From: Octopus bimaculoides
Lineage: Eukaryota
Assembly: GCF_001194135.2 (NCBI RefSeq)
Contig: NC_068983.1
Span: 62,124,359 to 62,188,358 of the forward strand
Direction: 5' to 3'
DNA: 64,000 nucleotides
The number at the start of each line of letters is the position of its first letter. Within the stretch, counting starts at the first letter, position 1. The notes beneath the pieces were generated by a model that worked only from the letters and a program-made list of their open reading frames with translations, had not been told where the DNA came from and did not search any database. A program made the translations under genes and the position numbers. This document shows positions 23,946 to 36,610 of the stretch, piece after piece.

Positions 23946-24829
23946 GCACGCATGTGCACACACGCACGCACGCACCCACGCATACACACACATACATACG
24001 TACATACACGCATAAAGTACGTATATTTAGACATGATACATTTTCTTTCTTACCTGCACAACCCGTGAACGCAAACATATTCAATTGAAAAAATTATGAC
24101 TTGTAAATGATTTAGTTCATATGCAAATAACATCTAAATTCATTTGCATGAGTGAATTATGTCCATTCTAAGTTGTTCTAACATATTAGGAGTTTTAGGC
24201 CACAAAGATAAATAAATGTGTATATAGTAATAATATGAGGAGTAATGCGACAAACAATACATTTCTAACTAAAAATGAAAAGCACACATTATATTTGAAA
24301 AGGAAATAAATTAAGTGCTGGGTTTATACTGTCCTATAATTATCTCTGGTTGTACAAAGGAGAAAGAAAAAACATTGAACAATACCAATGACCGAAAAAA
24401 ATCGCCTTATTATACATTGGCATGAAGTTACCATAGTAAATATACAACCGCAGTAGAAACTCGAGAAAATTTTAGGAGGGACTGCATATATTTCTCACTA
24501 AACCTGTAGTCAGTAAGCTTTTTGCAGACTTCAATATAACATATCTGCCTTTATTAAAAAATGTTTTTATATCACACAAGAGGCTTGTAAATTGTAGATA
24601 AGAGCTTAATTTGTATTTTAAACAATGTTTAAGCATACTTATGAATACAACATATTTTTAATGCATTAACATTAAAGCATTTAATAAAATGTATAGAAAA
24701 TCGAAGAGTGGCAGGTGGCGTTAGTCTTCAACAAACACTACTATATATCTGTTAACCTTTGATAAAAGTTTTCAGGTTTCAATCTATATAAATAAAATAT
24801 ATACTCGTAATCTATAAAAGTAAATTGGT

Positions 24830-25040
24830 AATTCGTCGGTTTCAACGATGGTTACTCCAGGCGTTGGGTCAACTGTTCTGTGATTTACAAGTTCAATCCA
24901 GCCGGTGGGCTTCAACGCAATTTCACAAAGTTTGCGTCTGTTAAAGGTTACAAGGAAAAACACTTACCAAGATCTCATATACAGCGATCGAACTCGCAAA
25001 CTCATGAGTGCGATTCGAACTTTTTAACCATTCGGCCTTG
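24830..25040 (-). mobile_element. Degenerate tRNA-derived SINE (family C-like)
   Basis: Reverse-complement head (gcgatcgaactcgcaaac...tttttaaccattcggcc) and a decayed 3' terminus at 24830. Confidence 0.5.
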
Positions 25041-25189
25041 CTGTAATGAAGACATACTAACAACTTATCTTGTATCTCATCAGAAGAATTTATGTTTCTA
25101 TAAACTATGGAAATAAGAGAAATGTCTTTCGCGCTGCCATAAACTAAAAACACCGGTCTTGTAAGAGCGTTACATCGGTAAAAGCCGTG

Positions 25190-25370
25190 AATGCCTTGGA
25201 GTATTTAGTTACGCTCCTTCACATTTTGAGTTCAAGTCAGTCCAAAGCATTCTTTGCCTTTCATCTTTCTGGATTGATAAAATGGTGTGAATAAATTACT
25301 CGAGTCGTCTTTTTAATCCAAACTACTCTCCTTCCCCACAAAATTGAAGATCTTGTATTTTTACCAAAAG
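25190..25370 (+). mobile_element. Degenerate family A SINE
   Basis: ttttgagttcaagtc...ctttgcctttcatctttctggattgataaaat. Confidence 0.55.
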
Positions 25371-26229
25371 CTGATATCAATCCTTCTCTGTTGAGATATT
25401 TCTGCCTGCAATTTGCAGTTACTGACATATTTAAAGAGATCTTCAATGATCAAATAAACAAGATACCGCACAACCAGCAGTTCATATATTTACTGTTGAT
25501 ACGTTAGACTATAGTAAATACACTTTACGCACACGGTTCATTCCATCTAGGTAGCATAGGCTGTTATAGCACAGAACTGTAAGCAGTTATTGTACAGTTA
25601 TTGTACAGTTACGCGATTTCATCCTTACAACTATTTCTAATTAAAAAGTTTTATATATTTAGTTTTATTTAGTAAGAGATTCGTACTTTTATCCAATTGA
25701 CTCGAAAAGACCAAAATAATCACAAACCAAATTTATCTCTAAGCGATATCCGTAATGAGAGAGAATATCGTCATAACTAGCTATTAAGACATAAATGGTT
25801 AACGTTAAATATCGTGGGTTGAATTCTTTCTACTCGTTCCAAGAACTGATTCGTCTAGACCAAACGGAAGTATTTAGATTAAATAAGATCGATTTCAGTG
25901 TTATGAACGACAAATGTAAAGGTCTACATCGCTGAATTTGAAGTGTTATGTCTACTCCGAAATTGACATTTAACACTAGTTGATATATTGACACATTTCC
26001 AAGGGTCAGCTGCAACAGCTGAGACAGGCTATGACAATCTATGACAAGATAAAATAGAGACAAATAACAACCAATTATTAAGTAAATAAGGAAGACCATA
26101 GGAATCAGAATTCCTGAAGATCTTGAATAATTCTAGTTTATGTTATAGTATGGAACAAATTTTAAACAAAATGCATTGTGATTACATACAGTTAATAATG
26201 GAAACTGTATCAACATCAAAAATTTAGAA

Positions 26230-27040
26230 ATTAGCAATTATCTTTGTTCATCCACTAAAATTTTTTTGGTAATTTGCATAATGGAAACATGGCGGTTAGA
26301 TACTGATATATGGTGCTGGTGTTGTACTGGAAGTAACCAATATACATATATAGGAGACCGTTGGAAAGTCAAATTGACTTCCTAAATTGGATTACTATTA
26401 ACCCAGACAAATATAAAGGCAAGAATGCAAACCATGAATTGATAGTAAAATATAGGACTATTGTTTGTCAAAGCATTATGAATAAATTTTAAACAGGCTC
26501 TCTCAAAACAATTCTCTGAGACCATTGCAGCGAAACATAAAAGTGAATGGTGCACCCGCGGATCGAAAGAAGGCTGTGTAATATGCCGCACAACTTTCTA
26601 TACATATAGCTACGTTGTCTTGAACTAAGGAAACACCAAAAAATATGTGACAATATGTCAATGATAACAGAAAAGTTTTGGGCCTTTACTTCATGTATAG
26701 CTGACAGAGACACTGCATTTGGCAAAAATGCCTGCTGGAAAAGTTTTGGAAAATAGGCAAGATCCTGATATCAACTGATAGCGTCAACAGAAATAGCGAT
26801 ACTGACCACGTCCACCTTAGGCGATAAGAAAAGAAAAGGCTTAAGATCAGTAAAATAAGCGCTCAAAGCCGCTGAGTTGTAATTCAAAAACGTTGATTAA
26901 GTTACATATCATTGAAAGATATTATACTTGTGAAGTAGCAGCTTAAAACATTATTAGTATACTACTTTTCAATATGAAGTGACGTTATAAAACAATGCTA
27001 TAATACTACTCGAAAGAAAATCTAGAACACGTGCATTAGG
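26230..27040 (+). mobile_element. Highly decayed R4/Dong-like remnant
   Basis: Frameshifted motifs ..ILIYGAGVV.W (cf. AVAILRYGAGIIDW), DKKRKGL (cf. DKKERKG) and RALG. Confidence 0.38.
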
Positions 27041-27400
27041 ATAAATGTAGAAAATGTTGCTATTGGTGATTATATAAAGATTTCGTCCCAGCATGAGTGA
27101 AATTTAATGGCAGCAACAAGAGAGGAGTTAAAAGAATACATATATATCGCCTCATGAATATTGTTGGAATATTCCTGCAGAAACAGAGGTCATCTGTTCT
27201 GCAAAAGTGAACATTCCTTTCAAAATCAATAACAAAATATTTATGGATAAGTGTTTCGAAACTGCAACGTATCTATCCAGGCTATAAATTTTCATTTCTA
27301 CCTATAATTATTGGTACGCTTGGCTACGTTAGAAAATGTTTAAATAATTTCAAAAATATGGAATTTTCATGCAAAACCAGCTTCCAGGAACTTTTCAGAT
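27040..27400 (+). mobile_element. Decayed RLE non-LTR 3' fragment of a different (NeSL/HERO-like) type
   Basis: DKCRKC, HEYCWNIP and LQRIYPGYKFSFLPIIIGTLGYVRKCL match the RLE C-terminal pattern (.YP.YKF..PIIVGALG). Confidence 0.5.
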
Positions 27401-28499
27401 AAGTCTTTAGTGTAACAATATAAGTTTGCAAGACTTTTCTATAGTTCAAGATTTCAAGTTGTGACTCTTCGCTGCTATTATCACAATTCAATTAATTATA
27501 CACAAAATACACAACATATGCACTGTAATCAAAGTACGTCATGAATCCTTCAATCCAAATATTATTAGATCTTCCTCTTCTTCAGAAGGAACTTTTGCTA
27601 TACAGTTATTGTTGCCTTTTTTATATTGGATATGGGTAAGAGGTTATGAACAAAATAAAACCAGCATGTATCAAACAAGTGTACAGGTTAACCGCAGTTG
27701 ATGCTTTGTTGTTACTGTCATCTTCAAGCTATTGTCACATTGTTCTCTGAAGAGCTATGGTGTTGAATCTCAGTACAATTTTAGTAAGGTGTGTCGTATG
27801 ATATATCTGGTGCATGGTGGAGCTTATTGTTTACTTTATGCACAATAACAATAAGTGCCTTGCTGTCCGATTCTATAGTTCATGTTGTTAGATGTCTTCC
27901 TCTGGTATTGTTAATCTTCTTGTTGGATTATGTTAGTTTATTTCATTATGACTCTGCAGGTATCTTCTTGATATCGCTAATTTGCAGTGATAGCAGTTTT
28001 ATACAGAGAATTATTGATTTTTCAATATCATTTATCTAATATTTTCATACTGTTTATAACAATATCGTCAATAATTTTTATCAACACTTTTTTTTTTGTC
28101 AGCTCTTACAACGGTCTATTTTCTATACACAACTTCGCAAATTTAGAAGTCTTCTTAAATTGTGTTAAAAATTGTTTTTCAGCTGTGTGCATTCAAACAG
28201 ACGTCAATTTTAGATTAATTTTCAAAGATATGAGTGTGCGGTGTTAATAGTAGTAGTGGCAGTAACAACAGTCTATATTTCTTCATATTTTCATAGTTAT
28301 CATTTTAGACGAAATGTTTTTACTCGATACAGGTATGTAGGATATCTTATTTCCACAACAAATATATGCACATGAATAATATGATTACCTGCCCTATTCC
28401 TCACTATGGATGACATCAATAGCGTAAGCATATTACATATTTGAATATCCAGTTGTATCGGGATCAGTGCAACTATTTATATACACAAGAGTATAAGAT

Positions 28500-28720
28500 G
28501 ACGACCGGAGTAGTGCCATCTGGTTGCATGGCAAATATTCAAATATTTTGACCAAAATCTGAAAAGTTAAAGGCAGTGCACCATATGATGCTACGAACGT
28601 ACGTCCTCTCGATATTATCACCGTGTGTCTAAAGTCTCATACCACCGCACAAGACAACTTGCCCAATACCTCCCTCATTGCACTACAACACCCTGGCACA
28701 AAGTTTCTAGAGTGTCTGTA
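28500..28720 (-). mobile_element. Possible Helitron/PIF1 helicase remnant
   Basis: GQVVLCGG and DFRHTVIISRGRT (frameshifted) resemble the GK.VVLGGDFRQ.LPVI.RG motif. Short and decayed. Confidence 0.3.
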
Positions 28721-28879
28721 CACATCTTTGAGTTGCACGTCTGCAAGTTATTTGGGGATTAAATTAGTATATTTACTACAACGAAACAAAATCTTCATGT
28801 TTGTTACTACATTTCAATAGAACACATTATATATATCTCTAAGAGATCAATGCAATAGTTGTCTTGACAAGTAATATTC

Positions 28880-29128
28880 GTAGCCATTTTAACTTGGCTG
28901 TCCGTTCGAGCGGACTCTACTGCGATTTTTTAACTCCAAGAGGACATCTCCTCTAGCTGGTTAACGATGCACAGCTGCATCAGATAAAATTGTGAGCGAG
29001 GTAGCAAACTCCTACCCTCTCCTAGCAACGGGACCAGTAGATCAGTTCTGGTTTCGGGCTATTTCTACTACTCCTCAATACTAGACACGTCGTCTGCTAG
29101 AGATGATTGCAGCTCGCTTCTGCACTCA
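28880..29128. other. Non-coding segment more GC-rich than the background, probably a repeat fragment (possibly a LINE 5' UTR on the minus strand)
   Basis: Composition shift; minus-strand GGAGAGGGTAGGAGTTTGCTACCTCGCTCACAA resembles LINE 5' UTR leaders. Only one copy in the window. Confidence 0.25.
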
Positions 29129-29608
29129 ATATATATATTTCAAGCATGTGTATGTATGTGTAATAGTATATATATATATATATATGTGCGCGCGCGTGTG
29201 TGTGTACTCTGTGTGTATGTATGTGTGAGTGTGTGTGTGTTTGTGCTTGTATGTAAACATTAGGTTAGTTAAAATACGTTTGTGACATATTTTCAAGAAC
29301 TAGAAGCAAATTTACTGCAGTTAGCATAGAGAAAAATTCTCGCCTCTTGTTCAGTGTCTTCCGTTAGCAGATTCCCAGGCGTGTTTCGGTCACCTCAACC
29401 TTTCTCAGATAATTCTGGACAGATTCTAAAAGCATAGCTTTATCTTAGAAGAGTCAGCATCTGTGACTGATTGCGCTCGTGGACCGCTTGTCCAGAAAAA
29501 ATATTATTATCAGTGGTAAGCAGTGTTGAGGAATAAACGATCTTCATATGTATGTATGTTTGTATGTATGTATGTATGCTTGCATATATATGTGTGCGTG
29601 TGTGTATG

Positions 29609-30199
29609 NNNNNNNNNNNNNNNNNNNNNNNNNNNNNNNNNNNNNNNNNNNNNNNNNNNNNNNNNNNNNNNNNNNNNNNNNNNNNNNNNNNNNNNNNNNN
29701 NNNNNNNNNNNNNNNNNNNNNNNNNNNNNNNNNNNNNNNNNNNNNNNNNNNNNNNNNNNNNNNNNNNNNNNNNNNNNNNNNNNNNNNNNNNNNNNNNNNN
29801 NNNNNNNNNNNNNNNNNNNNNNNNNNNNNNNNNNNNNNNNNNNNNNNNNNNNNNNNNNNNNNNNNNNNNNNNNNNNNNNNNNNNNNNNNNNNNNNNNNNN
29901 NNNNNNNNNNNNNNNNNNNNNNNNNNNNNNNNNNNNNNNNNNNNNNNNNNNNNNNNNNNNNNNNNNNNNNNNNNNNNNNNNNNNNNNNNNNNNNNNNNNN
30001 NNNNNNNNNNNNNNNNNNNNNNNNNNNNNNNNNNNNNNNNNNNNNNNNNNNNNNNNNNNNNNNNNNNNNNNNNNNNNNNNNNNNNNNNNNNNNNNNNNNN
30101 NNNNNNNNNNNNNNNNNNNNNNNNNNNNNNNNNNNNNNNNNNNNNNNNNNNNNNNNNNNNNNNNNNNNNNNNNNNNNNNNNNNNNNNNNNNNNNNNNNN
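29609..30199. other. Assembly gap (N)
   Basis: N run. Confidence 1.
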
Positions 30200-30411
30200 G
30201 ATAGATAGATAAGGTACCCCTTTGATCCTGAGACGCCAACCAAAAGGTTTGTGTACGAAAAGCAATAATGAAAGTTACAGAAAGGTTAATAAAACTATCA
30301 TTATCACCAATAAAATATTGTTTATTAATAATGTATATTTATCCATTTGAAATTGTCCCTCGTGTAATCATATTAATTACGTATAAGCTTACGCAAAATG
30401 CTCCAGTATTA

Positions 30412-30649
30412 CAGTTCTATATTTAAGAGATGAAGAATTATGTACATTATTTACATTATTTACATTTGACGGATATTTGTCCTCATCTTGTTTATTGTTA
30501 ACACAACGTTTCAGCTGATATACCCTCCAGCCTTCATCAGGTGTCTTGGGGAAATTTCGAACCTGAAATGAGAACCCAAGTATATCAGTCGAAACATGGT
30601 GTTAACAAACAAGATGAAGACAAATATCTGTCAAATATAAATAATGTAC
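30412..30649. mobile_element. Non-coding inverted-repeat element of the PLE pseudo-LTR type: minus-strand copy 30412-30565 plus an inverted, internally deleted copy 30566-30649
   Basis: gtacattatttac..atttgacggatatttgtcctcatcttgttt..gttaacacaacgtttcagctgatata is the reverse complement of tatatcagtcgaaacatggtgttaac..aaacaagatgaagacaaatatctgtcaaat..ataatgtac. Contains a hammerhead motif. Confidence 0.75.
30500..30545 (-). ncRNA. Minimal type I hammerhead ribozyme (PLE-type, dimer-dependent stem III)
   Basis: Minus strand GACAC-CTGATGA-A-GGCTG-gagggtatat-CAGCT-GAAA-CG-TT-GTGTT. Stem I is GACAC/GTGTT and stem II is GGCTG/CAGCT. Full catalytic core, palindromic AACGTT, GUU cleavage triplet. Confidence 0.72.
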
Positions 30650-31093
30650 TCCAGTATTAGTTTCGTGCAATTGACACCACCTGAATTTACTGTTGCAGTA
30701 AAGTTGAATTCACCGTCGGAGTAAAATTGTACGCCAAAATTAAAAAGAATATATATTTTCAGTTTCTTCAAGAGTTCAGTCGTCTTGTTTGAATACAGTC
30801 TTATTTTTGTGGTCTGGTTGTTGCATGATAGAGTTACATACACTTAGATAGTATGTTTGAATGTATGAATGTATGTATGTATGGATGGATGGATGGATGG
30901 TTGGATGAATGAATGGATAGATGGATGGATGGAAGGCATCAGGGAAGGTTAGTTGTTCGGGTGGATGAACAGACAGTTAGATATCTAGATAGATGCAATT
31001 TCAAGCTGGTAAAAATTAAAACAAGCGGCGTTAAAATTTCTACAGTAACAGTGAAATATATATTGAAATATTTGAAACACATACACACACACA

Positions 31094-31147
<54 letters not shown>

Positions 31148-31406
31148 CACACACATNNNNNNNNNNACCCATTAAAGCAAATCACAAGGGCGGTGCATCA
31201 TGACCCCCACTAGCCCATTGCCTATCAATTATAATTTTAGTCAACGTATTCCCCTCTCAGATTCATACACTTATTGCAGATGTATTTCAGTTTTTCTAAG
31301 CCCCTATAGAAGAACTCGGAAGGTTGGGGCTCCAACCAGGTCTTTCACAATACCCCTAAAGCCAGGGGATTTTCAGCACCCCACCGTATGTGTAGTGTAT
31401 GTTTAT

Positions 31407-31446
<40 letters not shown>

Positions 31447-31774
31447 GTGAAAATATGTGGAAACCATTTATAAACAGTCAAAGAGAAATGCCTTCGTCTT
31501 CGTTTCGCATAGTTAAATATCTTTTTATAAAGAAATTTAAAAAAAATATATACATTTTTTTACGGATGTCGTGATATCCAACCGGTTGTTGTTATTTAAA
31601 TTAGCTTTTAAAGCGATATTGTGAAGTTATTAATTCTTGTGCCGAAGGGGTCTTGCCATTTTGGATGCTTGAAATATAAGAATGAGTCTAGAGAAAATAA
31701 GAATGAGTCTGGAGCAAGGGAGGCAACATGTGGTAAGGGGGACAAGTAACTCCTCAGTATTATTTTTGAAGTGG

Positions 31775-32550
31775 TCAAGTTTTTATATTAAGATGTGGTC
31801 TATACTTTTGTATAAACAGGTTTTCCTTGTTTAGGCGTTCTTGTAAGGAGATTAAATCTTTGCATTGGTATAACGGAAAGATATGGAAATTCGACGTTTT
31901 ATTTCTTGCGCATCTGTCGATATGTTCGCTCAGGGCTGTCTGCCTGTATTGAGGAAAACGTATCTGTTCTTTATGCAGCATGACTCTGCGTCTCAAAGTA
32001 AGGCTCGTTCGGCTCACGTAATTGTGACCACAATCTGAGCAGGTTAGGACATAGATAAGGTTCTGGGAAGCACATGTGAAGTTGGTCTTAACTGAGAATT
32101 TTTATCCTTGCTAGAATGTGAATTCCGAGCCTTCATTTAGGTATGGGCATATACCACATTTAGGTCGTCTGCATTTTTAACTGTTGGTATCGTATATATT
32201 GAGTATAGTTTTGCGTTTGTTACGAGTCTTTTGAGTGATTTGTCTTGTCTTTTGCATTTGAGGAATTTATGTGTATTTAGGATGTCGTCCATTTTCGGGT
32301 CTTGAATGAGCAGAGGGAGATTTTGTATAATTGAGTTGTATGCTTCATTGTTTCTGGGGTTGTGGGTGGGTATGTGTGGGAGTGATTTAATGTGAGGCGT
32401 GTTTTGTTTTGTTGTCCTTAGTGTGTTTGTGTCCAATTTCTCGGCACGTTTAATTCCATGGTTTATAAGAGCAGGTGGGTATTAACGTTCAATGAGTGTT
32501 ATTTTGAGGTCTTGTAGGCGAAGTTCCCGAGTGGTTGTTTCAGATACAAT
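31775..32550 (-). mobile_element. Penelope-like element, 5'-truncated: RT C-terminal/linker plus GIY-YIG endonuclease
   Basis: CRIVSETTTRELRLQDLK, PTHNPRN, CKRQDKSLKRLVTNAK and CASQNLIYVLTCSDCGHNYVSRTSLTLRRRVMLHKEQI...ENLFIQKYRPHLN; a few stops and frameshifts. Confidence 0.9.
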
Positions 32551-33100
32551 TCTACAGATCCTTATTGCTATCTCCCCCTCTCATTTTTCCTTCTACTGTT
32601 TTTCGCCTCTCCCTTTCTACTATCTCTCTCTCTCTCTCGTTGCTCACTTATATTCTACTTCCTCCCCTTTTTCTCCCTCTACCACTCTTTCTCCCTACCC
32701 CTCGCTGGTCACATGTGTCCAGCTACTAATTCTTTTCATATCTTGGCCTCCCCAAGCACACACGAACATTCTTCGTCCCGTTTCATTCCAGTTCGTGCTT
32801 CACAGCGTTTAATATACACATACTTTTTCACGTCTGGCCGTATAGCCTTTTTGTTTGTTTCTTTCACTGTTTCGTTTTCCTGTCTTGTTTTCTGTCCGCC
32901 ACTACATTCCTACATGGAACAAATTTAATTTGTGTCCGTGGGAAGAGCCATTGTAACGATGCGTCCTGCTCTAACTCTTCGAAACGTGGCAGCTGATGAA
33001 GGAAATGTTCTCTATGTGGCCTGTGTGTTTTCTGTACCTTGTTTATCATTTTGTCCATGTTTTTATGCAACGTCATGTACCCAGATATGCATCTATATAT
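32550..33100 (+). mobile_element. Probable inverted PLE 3' UTR/pseudo-LTR attached to the 5'-truncation point of the Penelope ORF
   Basis: Pyrimidine-rich UTR-like tract, then GAAACGT (32981-32987) and CTGATGAAGG (32993-33002), which are hammerhead-core remnants typical of PLE ends. Confidence 0.5.
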
Positions 33101-33978
33101 ACATGTAGATGAAGGTATGTACATACATGTACATATATATGCATATACTCATATATTATATATATATTGTGAACAATACACTTAGGCGATGATTAAGAGA
33201 TGAGAGATGGAAGTACGCTTTTTCTAAATGCCATTTCAAAATAAGACATTTGTAAACCTTGTCATATGTATATATGTGTAACACGAGTAAAAGAAGTAAA
33301 TTTCTAACTACATCGAATGCCATTAAACATCGCAAAATGTCATAGGTTTATGTTTATTAAATATAAGTAAAAGAAAAATTACAAAAAGAAACAGAATCAA
33401 CCATTTACCATGTTACTTGTTCTTTCTCTCAGTGTGCGTACCTGTCATTAATTTAGATTCATACTTTTCGGCGTTTATTTCGAAAGCCTATTTAACGGCT
33501 GAAATTTCAAGACTCACACATGCACGCGCGCGCGCGCGCACACACACATACACACACACACACACACACACATACATATATCAACATATATTTATAAATG
33601 AGTGCATGTGTTTGTGTGTGTATTAAAAACTTGTGATTTGGAATGAGATATAATTGTCATTAGCCTTTCGTAAGAACACCACGTAAATCTATGTGCCCAA
33701 CATTCAAGCAGGTTTTAAACATAATTTGTACTCAGAGTTTCGTTTGGTATGATATACATTTGAACAGATTGCAGAGTGTGTACCCAGGAGAAAAATATAA
33801 CTGGAGATTCCGTTAGAAAAGCATTATTTTACTTAAGCATCATAAATTACATTATAGTTACACGTGTTTCACTTGTGCATACTAGCTACATAGACGGTTG
33901 CATGGTCATCTAAGAACATCAGATGAACAGAAAAAAGTTTTAAATTGTAACCGACTCTTTTGTTCTATTCTCATCTGG

Positions 33979-34028
<50 letters not shown>

Positions 34029-34129
34029 NNNNNNNNNNNNNNNNNNNNNNNATATATATATGTAAATGTCGAACGATAAAAATGAGTGCTGAATACCGCA
34101 TTGGTGGATATAATTTCTTTATTTGTAAA

Positions 34130-34988
34130 AGCTACCATTGGTTTCATGTTAAGAAAAGCAGGAAAATATCCTAGTGTTTAAACAATTATACAAGCCGATC
34201 ATATGGAGGAAAAGTATTCGCTTCCACTTTGGAAAACACAGTCTCGTTTAGTTCGCGGAGATTCTCGTGAATTCTCATGAAAATCTCGTGAATCAAGAGA
34301 CGTTACTCTTGGATTTGTCACTTGGCCAAACTGTTGTGTTGTCAATTTGTTTGCATTATTTTTTTTTTCTGGGTGTGGTATTCTTATACTTGTGTGCTGA
34401 GGTAGTTCCTCATTGTGGCATATTACTTCTGTGCGTGGATTTTGTTTACTATGTGTTTTCAAACTTCGCATTCAGGAAAGGGGCTTTCCTTATGGGATTA
34501 ACGTTGCAATGACAGCCCTTCTTTGTAGTATTTGAGTGTAAATACTTCAAATACTTCAAAGAAGGGCCACCATCTGTAACGTTAATCCCACCAGAAAAGC
34601 CCCTTTCCTGAATGCGAGATTTGAAAATACATCGCACACAAACTCCACACACACAAGAAATATGCCCCAATGACGAACTACCTGAGAACACAAGTATACG
34701 AACACCATACCCAAAGCAAATATAAAATAATGCATATAAACTGACCACACAACAGCTTGCCTAAAAGACAATTCCAAGAGAGCCAAGCATTCTAAAGATG
34801 CCACCCAAGGGTAGCATCCATTGATTCATCGTTTTATTCACGAGAATTCACGAGAATGTCCGCGAACTAAACGAAACTGTGTTTTCCAAAATAGAGGCGA
34901 ATACCTTTCCTCCATGTAATCGGCTTGAGTAACTGTTAAAACACTAGAATATTTGCCTGCTTTTCTTAACATAAAACCAATGGTAGCC
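34130..34988. mobile_element. ~860-bp foldback/palindromic non-autonomous DNA transposon (MITE-like; Kolobok-like termini possible)
   Basis: Arms pair from the termini to an 11-nt loop (34536-34546). There are 9 mismatches in the 82 nt aligned by hand (34201-34282 vs 34836-34917). The right end is GGTAGCC|TTAA. Confidence 0.85.
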
Positions 34989-35055
34989 TTAATTCACAAA
35001 TATATATATATAATATGTATATTTATATATATATATATATATATGTATGTATATG

Positions 35056-35117
<62 letters not shown>

Positions 35118-36428
35118 TGTATACTGTATGGTATGGGTTCAACACGTAGAATAACACTCAATCAGATAAGAGTGTAAAGATAATGTTATAATGAAATCCC
35201 CAAAAACATGTGAAATACACCTACCCAGGGTTTCCTGGTCGAAGCATTAATTTATTTCGCTATTTTTCAAGCTGATAAGAATAAAACCGTTTGGAATTGA
35301 TAAGAACATGACCGTCTGCTAGTTATTGGTTAATCGCCCCTACATCGAACGATAAGGTGTGGCATACTTCAAATATCACACCACGGATGTTCAAAAAGAT
35401 GAAAAAAAACAAAAAACTAGTGGCCTGAGAAATGATTTGAACGCAGAACACCTTACTTAGCTAAAGAATGTATTGCATTCAATGGCCTATCATTTGACAT
35501 GAACCGTTTGTTTTTTGCTACATATTTATTTAATCAGTTGAAGCATGCGTGTGAAGAGAACCATGACTGATTTAAGCAAAATAACAAGATACCTATTACA
35601 CTTTATATGCAAGGAAAATAAAAATAAAAGACAAAAAGTGGGGAAAGACAAAGAATAACTAAAATGCTTCTGTTGTTAAATCTTTATGTAGATTCCATGT
35701 ATTGGAAGATCTTATTTTATGGTTGGTAAATCCTTGGGAATGAACTACAGCTCTTACATTGTTAACCTTTTGAAGACCTATTTTTAAAGTGTTCTCTCTA
35801 TGAGATTTTTCAGCAGAACAAATAGAGCCATAAAGTTTCAGGATAATCTCTACAAAGGCATAAAGATGATTTCATGCGAGCTGCTCGTGACAGAATATGG
35901 CCAACGTTATCTATGTATCTTAATATTTTCCAGTATCTGATATGATGTATATGTTGCTAAATATGGGATACACACCAAAGAGAGAGAAAGCGAGGAAGGA
36001 GAGAGTGGAGGGGGTGGAAGAAGAGGAGAGAGGGAGGAGAGGCTGATGACGAGAGAAAAGTGAGTATGACTGAATGGTTAAAATCTTTATGTACCTTTTG
36101 CAATGTCCAAGCTTCAATCTTAGTGTGCGGCATCTTACGCGCGATTATTTGACTAGCTTTCCTGTAACCCAAGGTCTGCGAAGGTAGGTATCGGTAAATT
36201 TTGGGAATTTCGTCACTTGAATTGTACAGGTATATACAAAGGTCCAGCCTGGTAGCACTGTATCATACTGATTTCACCTGAATATTAAGCTAAGGGTGCA
36301 TGTCTCTTTGGAATACTGAACCACGTGTATGTTGGTGCATTGAGCTTGATCAGTTGTTCGATCAAATTCTTGACAAGAAATCCTTTTACACACCTCTCCC
36401 TCCCCAATGTATGTGTGTGTGTATATAT

Positions 36429-36473
<45 letters not shown>

Positions 36474-36610
36474 NNNNNNNNNNNNNNNNNNNNNNNNNNN
36501 NNNNNNNNACACACACACACACACACACACACACATATTATATGTACGACAGTCATCGACACCTGAACACTTCCTATCTACAAATTCAACTCACAACGTA
36601 TGGTTTAAAC

